From contig CATNEN010000002.1 in the NCBI GenBank assembly GCA_950097015.1, forward strand, positions 2,294,001 through 2,358,000: a DNA stretch of 64,000 bases, written 5' to 3'. A model generated the notes under the pieces. The model was not told the DNA's origin and ran no database searches. It worked only from the letters and a program-made list of their open reading frames with translations. Source of the DNA: Macrostomum hystrix. Lineage: Eukaryota > Animalia > Platyhelminthes. Below, piece by piece: positions 12,746-24,949 of the stretch. Numbering within the stretch: the stretch's first letter is position 1; every line of letters starts with the position of its first letter. A program made the translations under genes and the position numbers.

Positions 12746-12879
12746 GTAGCTTTAAAAAGCTGTAAATTCAGCTGCTAAAAAGTATATACTAGACGAATTA
12801 AAAGTATTTCTGCTCCCCGAAGGGGGGCAAAACTTGCTAGTTAATTAGCTAATGTTCATGCGAATATTTGTTTGCTTTA

Positions 12880-13630
12880 TTATTACTCTTCTCGCTGTGA
12901 GAAAATATTTTTCGAGTGTAGCAGCAAGTTTTATTTGATGCTAAAACTAAGGAATGATTTTTTGAGCACTAGCTGCAAGTTTTATCAGATTCAGAACTAT
13001 AAAACAAAAAATATTGAACACTCGCTAAGAGTCTTACGCTAAGAGCGTAATACATTTATATTTTTGCCATTTTTGAGCATTGCTTTAAAGCGTCATTGGA
13101 TTAAAACAAGTTTATTTTATAAGAATAATTATAAAATGTATTCGACAAAGACTGATCTAGCATACGTAGCTTTAGCGTTATTCGATGCTAAAACAAAGAA
13201 GTTGTTGAGAATAGATGCAAGCATTATCATATTTAGAACTGGAAGAAAAACGTTCAGCACACAGCTTCAAGCGTGGTTCATTTTCAATTCTAACAATTTT
13301 TCAAGCCTTGCTTCAAGCATTGTTTGATTCACAACTAAATACTGTCTGAGCATCTGTAGCTATTGGACTACTAGACAAAGTGTTGTTTAGTAGTGCTTGG
13401 CTTAGCTGTTAGCGTTTTTTATTTTCAAAACTATAAAGAAAAGTGTTTCGAGCATTGCGACAATCGTTATTACTTCAAAGCTATGAGATATGATATACCA
13501 TGATATATTGAGACGGTAGCATTTTTTCAATGCAGTAGCATGATCTTACAAGTGGTAGCATGATTAATGAAGGGTTTAGCAGAAATTATCTACGGGCAGC
13601 ATAAGTTATCGAGGAAACAGCAATTATTAG
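12880..13630 (+). repeat. Old diverged repeat; related copies at ~14720-15120 and ~15826-16500
   Basis: Shared motifs CTCTTCTCGCT(G/C)TGAGAAA and TTTTCGAGCATAGCTGCAA...ATCAGATT...AAACT. Confidence 0.55.
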
Positions 13631-13636
13631 TAAGTG

Positions 13637-14650
13637 CGAGGGGTGTTTCAAAAGTAACGAGAATTTAGTCATCACTTTTTAATGGATAAACTTTTTAACT
13701 TGAAATTTTTACCCTGTAATTTTGCAAATATGGACAGCAAACAGCTTCAGTTGCAACCCTGTCGGTCTACATGCACCAGTGAAATCTCACATTGAAGTCC
13801 AGACCTCGAGATTAAAAATTACGATTTTTGTCTGTGGAAAAGAGTGAACAGGTGAACGTGTTTGTTGTGTCAAAAATCAGCGCCTTCGTCCATTTCTTCG
13901 GCGATTTCAGCACGTTCCACAAAGCTGCCATTGAGCTGGATACACTTCTCATAGCGATGCAGCAGTTTGTCGATTCCCTCCCCCCAAAAACTCGCAGGCA
14001 GCGCATGGAGAGATTCGTTGGCCGCCGCAATGACTTCCTGTCGACTGCTGAAGACGCGACCTCGCATGGGCCTCTTCATTACTCCAAACAAGTGAAAGTC
14101 AGCCATGGCGAGGTCTGGTGAATAAGGTGGATGATTAAGCAGCCGAAAGTCGAGCTCTTCCACTTTCCTTGTGGTGGCCGCGGCGACGTGAGGGCGAGCG
14201 TTGTCCCACAAGATGAAGGGCCTGGCGCGCATGATACGTCGCTTCTGGAGGATGACTTCACGCAGACGAGCAACTTGATCTTGCACGTATGCAGCATTGA
14301 TGGTGGCCTTGTCTGGCAGGTAGTCGACCATCAGAACCCCACAGGCGTCAAACCACACGGTGCACATGATGTTGCGTGTCCATGCCGAGTTCATTGGCTT
14401 TGTGTGCGGCTGACGGCCCCTGGGCCCCCACTGCATGGACAGCTGCTTAGTCAGTGGATTAAACATTGGCAGTGGTGTCTCATCCATACTCATGAGAAGT
14501 CGTTTAAACTCCTGATCACCAAGTTGCTGCCACAACTGCAAGTTCTCCGTTGCACAGTGAATTCGCTTTCTTTTGTGGTCCAGGGTCAACTCACGCGGCA
14601 CCCACTTGGCACAGACTCTCGACCAGTTTATCTCCTTGATTATCTCGTAA
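13637..14650 (-). mobile_element. 5'-truncated mariner (DD34D) transposon
   Basis: One TIR, CGAGGGGTGTTTCAAAAGTAACGAGAATTT, at 13637; no matching second TIR seen. Transposase ORF on the minus strand. Confidence 0.85.
13870..14649 (-). pseudogene. Mariner transposase catalytic domain lacking the N-terminal HTH domains
   Basis: Motifs WVPRELT, SMDETP, WDNARPH and HPPYSPDLAMAD, with 34 residues between the 2nd and 3rd Asp. Homology ends near 14649. Confidence 0.88.
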
Positions 14651-15132
14651 CTGCAGTTTTCTATTCTCGTACTTTTTTATTAAGCTCTTTTTGGGTACCA
14701 GTACGCATTAGTATAGTGAGAAAAATGTTAGGAGTATTGAGTCATAAAAGTGTCTCTCAGCAAGCGTTATTCAGAATAAAACTAAGGAAATATTTTTCGA
14801 GCATAGCTGCAATTAGCGTAATCAGATTTAGTACTGTAAGATAATATTTGAAGCATAGGCATAGCTATCAGCGTTAATTCTTTAAAAATTGTAACGCTTA
14901 GCATAGCTGTTATCACTATTCTACGAGTAATTAACTCTAGAGAAAAAATTGAGGATTGCTGCAATCGTTATTATATTCAAAAGTAAATAATTTGATTATG
15001 GCTAATGGCCTAGTTTATTATTTTCAAATTTTAATGTTTCTATCGAGTATAGCTCTAGTACTATTCGAATTGACGCTTATGAAACGTTTATCGAGCATTT
15101 CTTAGAAACTATAAACATTTCTTCATAGAGAA

Positions 15133-15672
15133 ACTATGAATTAACGGTGGGAAACTATGAATTAACGGAGGGAAACATGAATTAACGGAGAGAAACTATG
15201 AATTAACGGAGGGAAACATGAATTAACGGTGGGAAACTATGAATTAACGGAGGGAAACATGAATTAACGGAGAGAAACTATGAATTAACGGAGGGAAACA
15301 TGAATTAACGGAGGGAAACATGAATTAACGGAGAGAAACTATGAATTAACGGAGGGAAACATGAATTAACGGATGGAAACATGAATTAACGGAGGGAAAC
15401 ATGAATTAACGGAGAGAAACTATGAATTTACGGAGGGAAACATGAATTAACGGAGAGAAACTATGAATTAACGGAGGGAAACATGAATTAACGGAGGGAA
15501 ACATGAATTAACGGAGAGAAACTATGAATTAACGGAGGGAAACATGAATTAACGGATGGAAACATGAATTAACGGAGGGAAACTATGAATTAACGGAGGG
15601 AAACATGAATTAACGGAGGGAAACATGAATTAACGGAGGGAAACTATGAAACTATGAAACTATGAAACTATG
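15133..15672 (+). repeat. 20/21-bp minisatellite GAATTAACGGAGGGAAAC(T)AT, ~25 units
   Basis: Direct reading. Confidence 0.93.
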
Positions 15673-16479
15673 CGTAATTTTCTATCATGTGAACAGTTAC
15701 AAACGTATAAGTACGGTTCGTGTAGTAAGTGTTTTATTTTTATTTTTTAGGTATTTTGGGTACAAATAACTGTTAATAGTAAGAGCTATTGATTAGCTAC
15801 TATCAAAGCAAATATTTTTTGCTCCATTGCTCTTCTCGCTCTGAGAAACGAAAAAATAATTTTTGAGTGCAGCAGCCAGTTTTATTCGATACAAAACTAA
15901 GTAAAGAATTTTCGAGCATTTCTGCCAGCGTTTTTAGAATCGAAAATATAAGAAAATTCTTTGAGCAAAGCGTATTTCATTTTTAATTTTATGTTTTTTT
16001 TATGCAAATTCTTGCTAGCAATATTCAATAGGATTAAAAAATTAATGAAGATTAAAAATGTTAAATTCCAAACAAACAACAAATTTTCCAGCATAGCTGC
16101 AAGCGTAATCAGATTCAAAACTACGAGCCGTAAAAAAAATTGTTGAGCATAGCTTTTAACTTTTTCGAGCATTTCTTCAAGCGGTATCGATTCAAAAATT
16201 GGTGAAGACTGTTCGAGCAGACGTAGCTGTTAGCTTTCTTATATTTTCAAAACTAAAAAAATTGTTTCGAGCATTGCTGTAATAGTTATTAGATTCAAAA
16301 CTAGGAGTCAATATTTTAACCCTAGCTAATAGCATTGCGCTTAAAAAGCTGCGTTTTTTCGTGCAGGGAAGCAATCATTGTTTTTTCTGTATTTTGAAAG
16401 CATAATAATTCGAAAGAGACCATGAAACTTAAGAATATAACACTAGATATCAATGGATAGCAGCATGATATATCATGAT

Positions 16480-17269
16480 ATAAGTAAAGTGCATGGAATT
16501 TGTGGGGAAAAGCATTCGGTATCTAGGGAATATCTTGATTTCTCGAAAGGATTGCATGAGATTTCCAGGAGAAAAATGAGATTTTCAGGTAATCGCAAAA
16601 TGTGCTTTCAGGGAATTTTTTAAGACGATAAAATGATTTATTAAAGAGGGTAGCATGATTTATCGAAGGGGTAGCATGAATTAGTGAGAATAAAGCATGA
16701 ATTGTCGAGGGAAAAGAAAGAATTATCAAGGGGAAAGCATGACTTATCGAGAGGGACGCATGACATATCGAGGGGGGCATGAACTATCAAGGCGGACGCA
16801 TGAATTATCGTTAGGAAAACATGACTTATTGAGAGTGTTGCATGAATTATCAGGAGGGTTGCCTAAATTATGGAGGGAGAGCATAAATTGTCGAGGGTGT
16901 AGCATGAAATATTGAGGAATAGCATGATTTATCGAGATATAGTCCTAATTTTGGGGGGCAGCATAAATTTTCGAGGGGTAGAATAAATTATTGAGGGGGT
17001 AGCTTGATTTCTCAAGGGGAAGCATGAATTATTGTGGGGGAAGTATGAATTATCTGGGGGTAGCATAAATTGAGGGGGTAGCATAAATTATAGAGGCAGT
17101 AGCATGCTTTGTCAAGGGATAGTATGATATATCAAAGGGGTAGTATGATTTATCAAGGAGATATTAAGAAAATATAATCATAGTATTTAAGTTGCATATT
17201 TTAAATTATTCTTTTTCCCAAGGCTGTAAAGCGTGATTTGCTTTCCCCAAAGGGGGTCGTGATTGCTAG
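16480..17269 (+). mobile_element. Degenerate ~21-bp GGGGTAGCATGAATTATCGA array ending in a Helitron-like 3' end
   Basis: Short hairpin CCCCAAAGGGG (~17245-17255), then CTAG|T at 17266-17270. The stem is weak. Confidence 0.4.
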
Positions 17270-17941
17270 TCTACATATACTAATATCAATACACTATTGA
17301 TATAGTGTATAGTGTATAGTATAGTGTAGTGTATTTATAACTACACTACACTATAACTCTATACTATCTTTCAGCGTCTCGAACTCAGTATTGAGTTTGT
17401 CTCGAAATATTGTTAATAAAGTGTGCTCTCTGCAGGCCGGTCAAAACTGTCAATTATAATATTGATAATAAACATCTGAAGGATAAAAACAAATGAAGAT
17501 AAAGCATAATGCATGTTTACTACAACCAAACGCAATATTAATGTAGTTTTCTAGATCTTTGTTCTTGTCCGTATAAGGTCTGAAATACGGAGCTATAAGA
17601 TTGCTGTCGCAGCTATAGCTCAACATCCGTACACAAAATCAATATCCCTTTTATGGGATCTGCAATAAAATGAAAACCATTCTGAGGCAAGCGCAAGAAG
17701 TTCTTTTTTAAAGCTTAATCGTGTCAGATCAGAAACGCTGCTTCACCCGGATGTAAAGCCTATTTGCATCCGAAATAGCAAGCAAACGGAAATTACCAAC
17801 ATACATCCTTCCGTATGTAGATGCTGTGAAAAAACTTACCGAAACCAACTACAGGGCGACAGCTTACGTGTCTGTAAACTAATAAAAGGAGAAGCTTAGC
17901 TACTAGAGCAAAAGCCAAGTCATTTGTAGTTCATTTTTGCG

Positions 17942-19354
17942 ATGAAGCTGAAGACAATACTATCGCTCCTTCTCGCTACAACTGTGCCTCTTGCCACAAA
18001 ATCCGCATCATCCCAGAGCAAGTGGTGGTTGAGCCGAGAAAATCTTTCTGACTACGAGGAGTTGAGGTCGTACTCAACCGATTCGCGAGTTCAGTGCACC
18101 GCTGTAGCAAGCCTGGACTCAGCTGTGCAGCTGGCAACATTCAATGCTAGCTCAGGTGTTTGCAAACACTTCAAGTGCCGCCTGGGCCTGAGTCTCTGCA
18201 GGAAGTGCCGCAGTGTAAACGAACGAGCTCAGGAGGTGTGGGTGAGTAGCGTCATTATTTCTGAAGCATTCGAAACATAAACGTGTAGCAATCATAATAA
18301 TTGCTGGAGGGCTGTGGGCACTGGTACATCATCTGGCGACACTAGACCCGCAGCCAGCGAGAAGGCTATTCTGCCCATTTCGCTGACTCCTGAGCACACA
18401 GGCACACAGATACTGTACGCAGGCACACGCTCACACAGGCGTGTATGTCTGCGCCGACTTTCTCATTGTCAGGCAGTGTACACTCTCACTGTCTCACTGT
18501 GTTGAGGTTGGTCCTCAAATAAGGGCGTAAATTGCACGAGAAGACCCCAAGCCCTCCGCTGCTGCGCCCCAATTGAATGTGTCCTCGCCGCGGAATCAAA
18601 CTCAGGGACCTTGGAGGCGAGATGCAAACGCGTAAACTGGTCTGCCACCGACCCCCACGAAATACATGTACTCATACACATTTAAACATGGGAGACGCAT
18701 TGTGGTGCATATTTCTGTTATTCCTACACATCGCAGACTGACAGCAACGACTGCTTGATCACCGTACAGCACAGGGTGTCCGACTCGGTGGACTTTTACC
18801 GCAACTGGAGTCAGTACCAGAGCGAGTTTGGCGAGACACCTGATGGGAACTACTGGATTGGTACGGCCATGGAGCAATATCTATTTTAGACTGCAGGAAC
18901 CGAAGCAATTCCGTCTGCCATTTCAGGCCTGAACAATCTTCACGCGCTGACTTCGGCCAGGGCAAGGAAGCTGCGCATCTTGCTAAGGCCGTGGAACGGC
19001 TCACTGAGCTGGGCTGAGTACGCCGCCTTCTCAATAGGACCCGAGTCGGACAATTACCGGCTGGCGGTGTCCGGCTTCTCGTCCAGTCCCGGCCTGGCCG
19101 ACTCCCTGACTGCCAAGAGCAACGGCAAGCAGTTTACTACTTACGACGCGGATCATGACACCTATGCCGCGAAGAACTGCGCCAAGGTATATTCGGGCGC
19201 CTGGTGGTTCGATAGCTGCTTCGACACCCACCCCAACGGGTTGTACTTCAACTACTCAATGGCTATCGGAAATAAGTATGCTCAAGGCATCATATGGCGC
19301 TACTACTATGACTACTATTACTCATTGAAGGAGATCGAAATGCTAATTTATTGA
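17942..19354 (+). CDS. Secreted fibrinogen-related (FReD) protein with an N-terminal PAN/apple-like domain; exons 17942-18241, 18737-18860, 18927-19354
   Basis: Signal peptide MKLKTILSLLLATTVPLA. GT-AG splices are phase-consistent (0 and 1). Fibrinogen motifs VQHRVSDSVDFYRNW, NYWIGLNNLHALT, YRLAVSGF, FTTYDADHD, CAKVYSGAWWFDSC and YSLKEIEM. Confidence 0.9.
18360..18656 (-). mobile_element. tRNA-derived SINE (family A) in FReD intron 1
   Basis: Minus-strand head with A-box-like TGGCAGACCAGT and B-box-like GAGTTTGATTCC. Homologous copy at ~42035-42637 and a head fragment at ~21175-21225. Confidence 0.7.
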
Positions 19355-19693
19355 TTTAAGCTCGTAAACATACTAAACCAGTTTTTAACGAGTTTCGGAA
19401 GACAATAATGAAAATTCACGCAAGTATGGTTTTCTATATAATCTGAAGTAGCATTCGAAAGCACTAAAAATCCGGAAATTTCGCAACGTGAGAGTGTTTA
19501 GTTGCACGTACATTATACAACCAAATATTATGTTTGACAAGCGCACTTACAGGTGTGAAAGCTTGAGCAATCAATAGTTTATCAAATTTTCCATATGCTA
19601 ATTTAATATTTGGTTCAAGAAAAGGCGACATTTAACATTGTATTTGTATACAAAAAAGATTTGTCTAGTCTTGAGAAAAAGAACCACATTCTG

Positions 19694-22312
19694 CTAGAAG
19701 ACCTCCAGTCTTTGGCGCGGCACAGACGCCACATCGTCATCCAGCGTGAGCAAGAAAAGAAAGCTGAAGAAGAGTGCCAGGGAGCTCGCAAAGTGCCACA
19801 TGTCGTGCGCATCGAAGAAGCCGAGTGCCACGCAGGGCCGGTTGCGGGCAGAGCGGGACTCCGCCGGCGACAGCTTCCAGTCTGTGGGCGCCAGCAAGAA
19901 CTGCCACAACGCTAGAGACCAGCAGGCGAGAGCGGCTGTTAGACAGAATGCGGAGGTGGTGATAGCTGCGATGGTGGCGCCCCCGGTGCTGTGCAGGGCG
20001 CAGCGCGGAGTCCGCGCCAGCGACAGCAGTTTCTTGGCCAAATAAAAGGCCAGGTAGCAACCTGTATTCACCATCAGGCAGGCGAGCAGTAGCATGCTGT
20101 AGGAGCTGTTCAAAAGCGGAGCGCGCCGGCCCCGACTGGCAAAGCATGCTGCGGCGAAGGCGGCGACAGACTCCGCAAGCCATAAGCATCCATAGATGAC
20201 TTCGGCGATGCTGACACACCGTCGCAGGCGGGCTAGTCGGACGGCAGCTGCGACCGGCGGCAGCAGCAGCAGGAGGCCCGTAACGGCGAAGACACCCGCC
20301 AGGACGCCAGGCTCGGATCGCGACGATCCGAGAGTGTTGAGCAGCAGTAGGACGGCGATCGCCAGGCAGCCCCAGTGGGCCGGCGGACGAAGCCCCGGCC
20401 GGCGCTTAGCCAGCACCAGCAGCGCCAGGAGCACCGCCAGCACCAGCATGAAGGCCGTGTCAAACTGGAAGCTGTCCGAGCTCGGACACAGGTGATAGCC
20501 GGCCGACATCAGCCCCATGACGCACATGCAGAGACCTGACGCAAAGTGAAGGCCGTGACTGGGCGGCACGCCGCATTTCTGTCCGTCGTCAGGGCCACCG
20601 CAGTTCCTCTGCCGAAAATGAACTCGCCGAAGCTTCATGGAGCGTCGGTGTACCACTACGCATGCGAGAAACGCGAGTCCTAGAATGGCGTAGCCCAGGT
20701 TCGAGAATACGCTATTCGACGCGTAGATTGTGCGACCGAGCACGCTGACGGGCAGCAGGCAGGCGAAGTTGTAATAGCACATGTCCTGGTTGCCGGACTC
20801 ATCAAGCAGGTGCTGTTTAGCCAGGACGAGCTGCAGTGCTGGCAGGCAGAAGAACACGGCTGCCACCGCGGCGTGGACGCAATACCGCGTCTGGCGCCTT
20901 TGATCAGCGGCGTCCACCGTGTCGCTGACGACGTCTTCGAGGCTGGCTACGCCTTCAGGCAACGGCTGACAAGTGCATCGGTGTTCCTCAGACTGTCGAG
21001 TCGGCAAGCTTGCGGAATCGACTGCGTCAATGCTGCCCATCTCGTAGTTGGCTTGGGGAGAAGTTTTCTGTTGATTGAAAAGTTCACATTTGCTCATTCT
21101 TACAAAATACTCTGACTAGTTGGATAAGTAGCTTTTCAAAGCTTAGAAGTTTGCTAATGTTCGAGTTTCACTTTGCCTCCTTTGCCAAAGTCCCTGAGCT
21201 CGATTCCGCGGTGGAATCACTGCATTTATTTACCACCTCTCTGGCTGCGGGTCAACTTTCACCAAATGTAAATTACAACGTATAACAAAAATCAGTACAG
21301 TAAATATCAGAACAGAGGAAGCTCACAGGTAGATTCAATTACACACCTTTCGCGGTTGTGGTCCCGGAGGCTGCCAGCAGATGTGGGCGCACAACGGTGC
21401 CAACAGCAGCAGGAGCACGAAGCAGCCGGCAGCCAGAGACACTGGCAGGCTGGCCGAATATGCAGACAGTGGCTCCACACTCAGGCTGAAGTTCTGCCGG
21501 GTTTCAACGCCTTTGCCAGCGTAAATGTAGTCGCCAAGACCGCACTCCTTGGAGTCTTCTATTAATGTGCGAACGGTCAGGTACATCAGCGACCAGTCTT
21601 TAGTGTCATTGATTGCAACGGCACTGCCAACATTGGCTATGAGGTTGCCGCTGCCCTTCAGCGTCTGACTGCTGATGATGCTTCGGCCTGTCCCTAGCAG
21701 AGGACAATTTGGTCGGTGCAGCTGCACCAGGGCGCAGGCGCTCGCCGGCCTGGCTTGAAAGGCCAGTCGCGCCATCCACGATGAAGCGGAGGCGAGCCTC
21801 AGCGCAAACAGCTGTGGCGATGTCGGCGATTCCACCTCGAACTCCACAGTGGAGCCTATCGTCAGGGTGAAGTTAGGCAGGAGCTCACCAAAGTACTTTA
21901 CAGTCACTTCTGCGACAGACTGGGTTGTGAGGCTGAGCGTCAGGACCTCCAAATCCGCATCATTGTTGTTGGAAGTCTCCAGACGGCGTTGAAAGCTCTC
22001 GGGCGGGCACAGAGTCCTAGCAGCCGTTGCCAAGGGTCCCAATGTCCAGGTGGCAACCGATTCCCGGTGCTGCAAGCTCACCAGCACCGGATTTTGAAGC
22101 TCACCAGCGGAGTCTGAATCCACTCGCAGCCGGAATGCGCTGTCATCCAGCAGCTCAGCTGGGATCTGGAACTCCACCTGGTGAGGTCGGTATCTGGACA
22201 CGGATGCTTTATGAGTTTCATAGAGGGATCTGGTTTGAGTTAGACATTCAGATACAGTAAGCAGCATAGCAGCAACAGCTACCTGACAGAATGCGCGCTT
22301 AGAAGCATTCAT
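19694..22312 (-). CDS. sid-1: SID-1/SIDT-family transmembrane protein (~795 aa); exons 22312-21347 and 21115-19694
   Basis: Signal peptide, ectodomain (RTLCP, SPTSPQLF, CALVQLHRPNCP), TM1, then family motifs LPALQLV, DMCYYNFAC, SNLGYAILG, SAGYHLCP...FQFDTAFM, SPAESR...C...FFDAHDMWHF and LTLDDD...VF. One phase-0 intron, AAG|GTGTGT...CAACTAG|TCA (231 bp). Confidence 0.93.
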
Positions 22313-24949
22313 TGGAAAACTTTCGTGAGCAAGCAGGTCGACTCTTAAATTCACAGTTTGCTGTTTCTTGCATAGCAGCGAAGCCTTGCTGAATTTATAT
22401 AGAGAGTTTTCATTGACGTTATTCCTATGTTTATTTTTTGCGCTCACCGATAGCGGAAAATTATAAGAGCATATATTTTACTGCCGTAGCGAGCTTCTAT
22501 TTCAAGGACCGGATATGAGTTTTAGTACACGATCGTGCTTCGAAGCGCGCAATTCCTCAGGCAGTGAGACTGCTGCATATGCACGGCACTTGTACTGCAG
22601 CATGCTAATTAGCTTTCACATTTTTTCTTTATCAAAGCGTCAGATTTTATCTGGGGGTTATATCCGCATTTTTCAGCTCATTTTTTGTCTGACTTTAGAC
22701 TTTTCGTTTAGTTTTTGCGGCAAATTTTGTTTGAGCCTGCCTAGCTAGCTGTAGCTTATCAATCCGCTCTCGTGAGCTCATGAAACTTTTGGGTGACTCA
22801 AACGGTGTCACATACAGCTAGGGTATGCACTGGTCATATTGGGCGTGGATTGCTCAAATGGGCCTAGAATGTTCTCATACTCGAACTCTTACGCATTTAC
22901 AGTACACCTAGGCCAAGGTCCCATGGTCTACGATCTATACGATCTATACGATATACGATCTATATAATTCTAGCCAGGGAGTTTTATTGTAGGGACTACT
23001 TTAAGTAGTTCTGCCACCACCCTTTGCGGTTCTAGACTCCATAACTAAGACCTAGTGAGGCGTGGTCCACGGTTGCTACGACAAATACTCGTATTTAGGC
23101 CAGAAAGAAAAAGAGATATCTTGGCCGCTAGACGGACTCTATGCTGGGCATCTACTAATGTGTCCTGATCAGTGATGGAAGCAAGGTGTTTTGCACAGGG
23201 GGTTCTTTTGTACTTTAGAGAGTGAGAGGGAGATGGGTAGAGTATAGGGAGATGGGTAGAGTATATAGGGAGATGGGTAGAGTGATAGCGCTAATGTCTA
23301 AGCAATACCTGCAATAACACAAAACAGCCAATCTAACTGCCATCGACTCTTATCCTGTTTCAATATACGTGTACAATCGATCGATCAGAGACTTGAAACC
23401 AACCGCGTATGTACCAATGTAATTAACTTGAGATCGAGTTAATGAGTGACCCGGTGCTCATGCTGCATGAAGGTATCAACTCAAAATAACTCAGAAGTGT
23501 TCGGAATGTCTGAACGCTGTCAACACAGGACTACGATATAGCTGCAGGATCGATGTTCACTAGCAGGAAAAAACACAAAATTAAAATGCAATTAGACTGT
23601 CTAATTCTCAGCATTTCTGCATCTCTCAATGAGGAATTGAGAGCAGGGTAGGACCTTCTGTATATTAAACTGGCTGGACCTAGATATAAGATCTATTATT
23701 GATCCCATCATTCGTTTCTTACTAACCGATACTTTAAATAAGTTGTTGACAATTGAATAACCCTAACTTTTTTAAACAAAGCTTCACCTGTATATTGAAT
23801 AGTTGAAAAATGTTTTTTGTTTTTGCTCGCACACGCAATTCACATAACTGCTAAGCGAAACAAGGGTCATCTATTTTTAATGACAGTATGTAATGCTCAT
23901 TCTCGAGACCCACATCGTTTTTTAATATTACGACATTTGTTTAAAAATCATTGCTCACAGTATGTTACATGAAAAAACGATGTTCTGTAGAAAACTTCGC
24001 AAAACTGATTCCTTTGCTACTGCACAAAAATACCCTATAACTGGGAATACTCACGCGTAAAAATCTCATCATTATCTGCGTCGAAAATGAAAATGGCACC
24101 AATTTAAACCACTGTTATTTCGAAATTCCTTCTTGGAAAGGTATCTTTTTTTCAATCCTTAACTGAACTAGTTAAATAAACATATTGTCATTGTACAATT
24201 ATCATATGCTTATTTAATAATGCGTATATACAGTTAAGTTTAGACCTAGGTTGCTTCACCCATTAATGCACACCACTAGAGGAGTACAAATCACTAAAAT
24301 ATTTCCTTTTTATAACTGATTTATATAATATATGTGTACTCTGACAGCAATTTTCCATATAAGTGAGAAAATTAACTATGCTAATTTTGAATGTTTTTAT
24401 ATATTTCCATGCAACTGATTCTAAGACTGTAGTTATTATTCCATGCTGAGAAGTTGATGAGTTTAAGATATTATCTAAAATCTAAGAGTAATAATATGCA
24501 TTTTTGATCCATCCAGCAGTGTTTTGAAGTTTAGGAGTACTCCTTTTTGTGCCATTTTGCAAATTAAAACATTAGTAGCTACTTGTTATCTTCGCAATAG
24601 TAAGCTAAACTGTCAACAAGAGATAAGAGATAGTCATAAATTGTTAAAATATTTTCTTGTTAACTTAGGACAGTTTTTATCTATAATAAAAGTCAATATG
24701 TTATCCATTTTATATTGTTTTTGTGAAATTCTGCAAATACATAGTTTTACAGTAATATCTTTACTTAAAATTGCAATGCTACTAAAATTAAAAATATAAA
24801 ACAGTTTTTCATTTTTATGGCTATACTTATTGTGCATCAAAAGTACATAACCTGTAATACAATAAACATTATAATTTTATATATAATCTATAAACAAATC
24901 TAATCTATCCCACTACTGTAAAGTTTTCAGTTTCTTGGGATTTTTCAAG

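Larger units (their letters stand above)
9048..12840 (+). mobile_element. Non-autonomous Helitron-like element carrying two minisatellites
   Basis: 5' TCCACTATACTAA, then a (GGTT)n microsatellite, then ...GAACGGCTCAACCGATTTT, the layout of Lep1/DINE-type helitron derivatives. 3' hairpin TGCTCCCCGAAGGGGGGCA (12811-12829) followed by CTAG (12837-12840) and T. The 5' boundary is approximate. Confidence 0.6.

Noticed and set aside
11252-12778. Long ORFs with (L)GDHCQ hexapeptides resembling left-handed beta-helix repeats
   Set aside because: The 18-bp unit is open in several frames on both strands, with frame-breaking indels and no unique flanking coding sequence or synonymous-site pattern. It is a minisatellite artefact.
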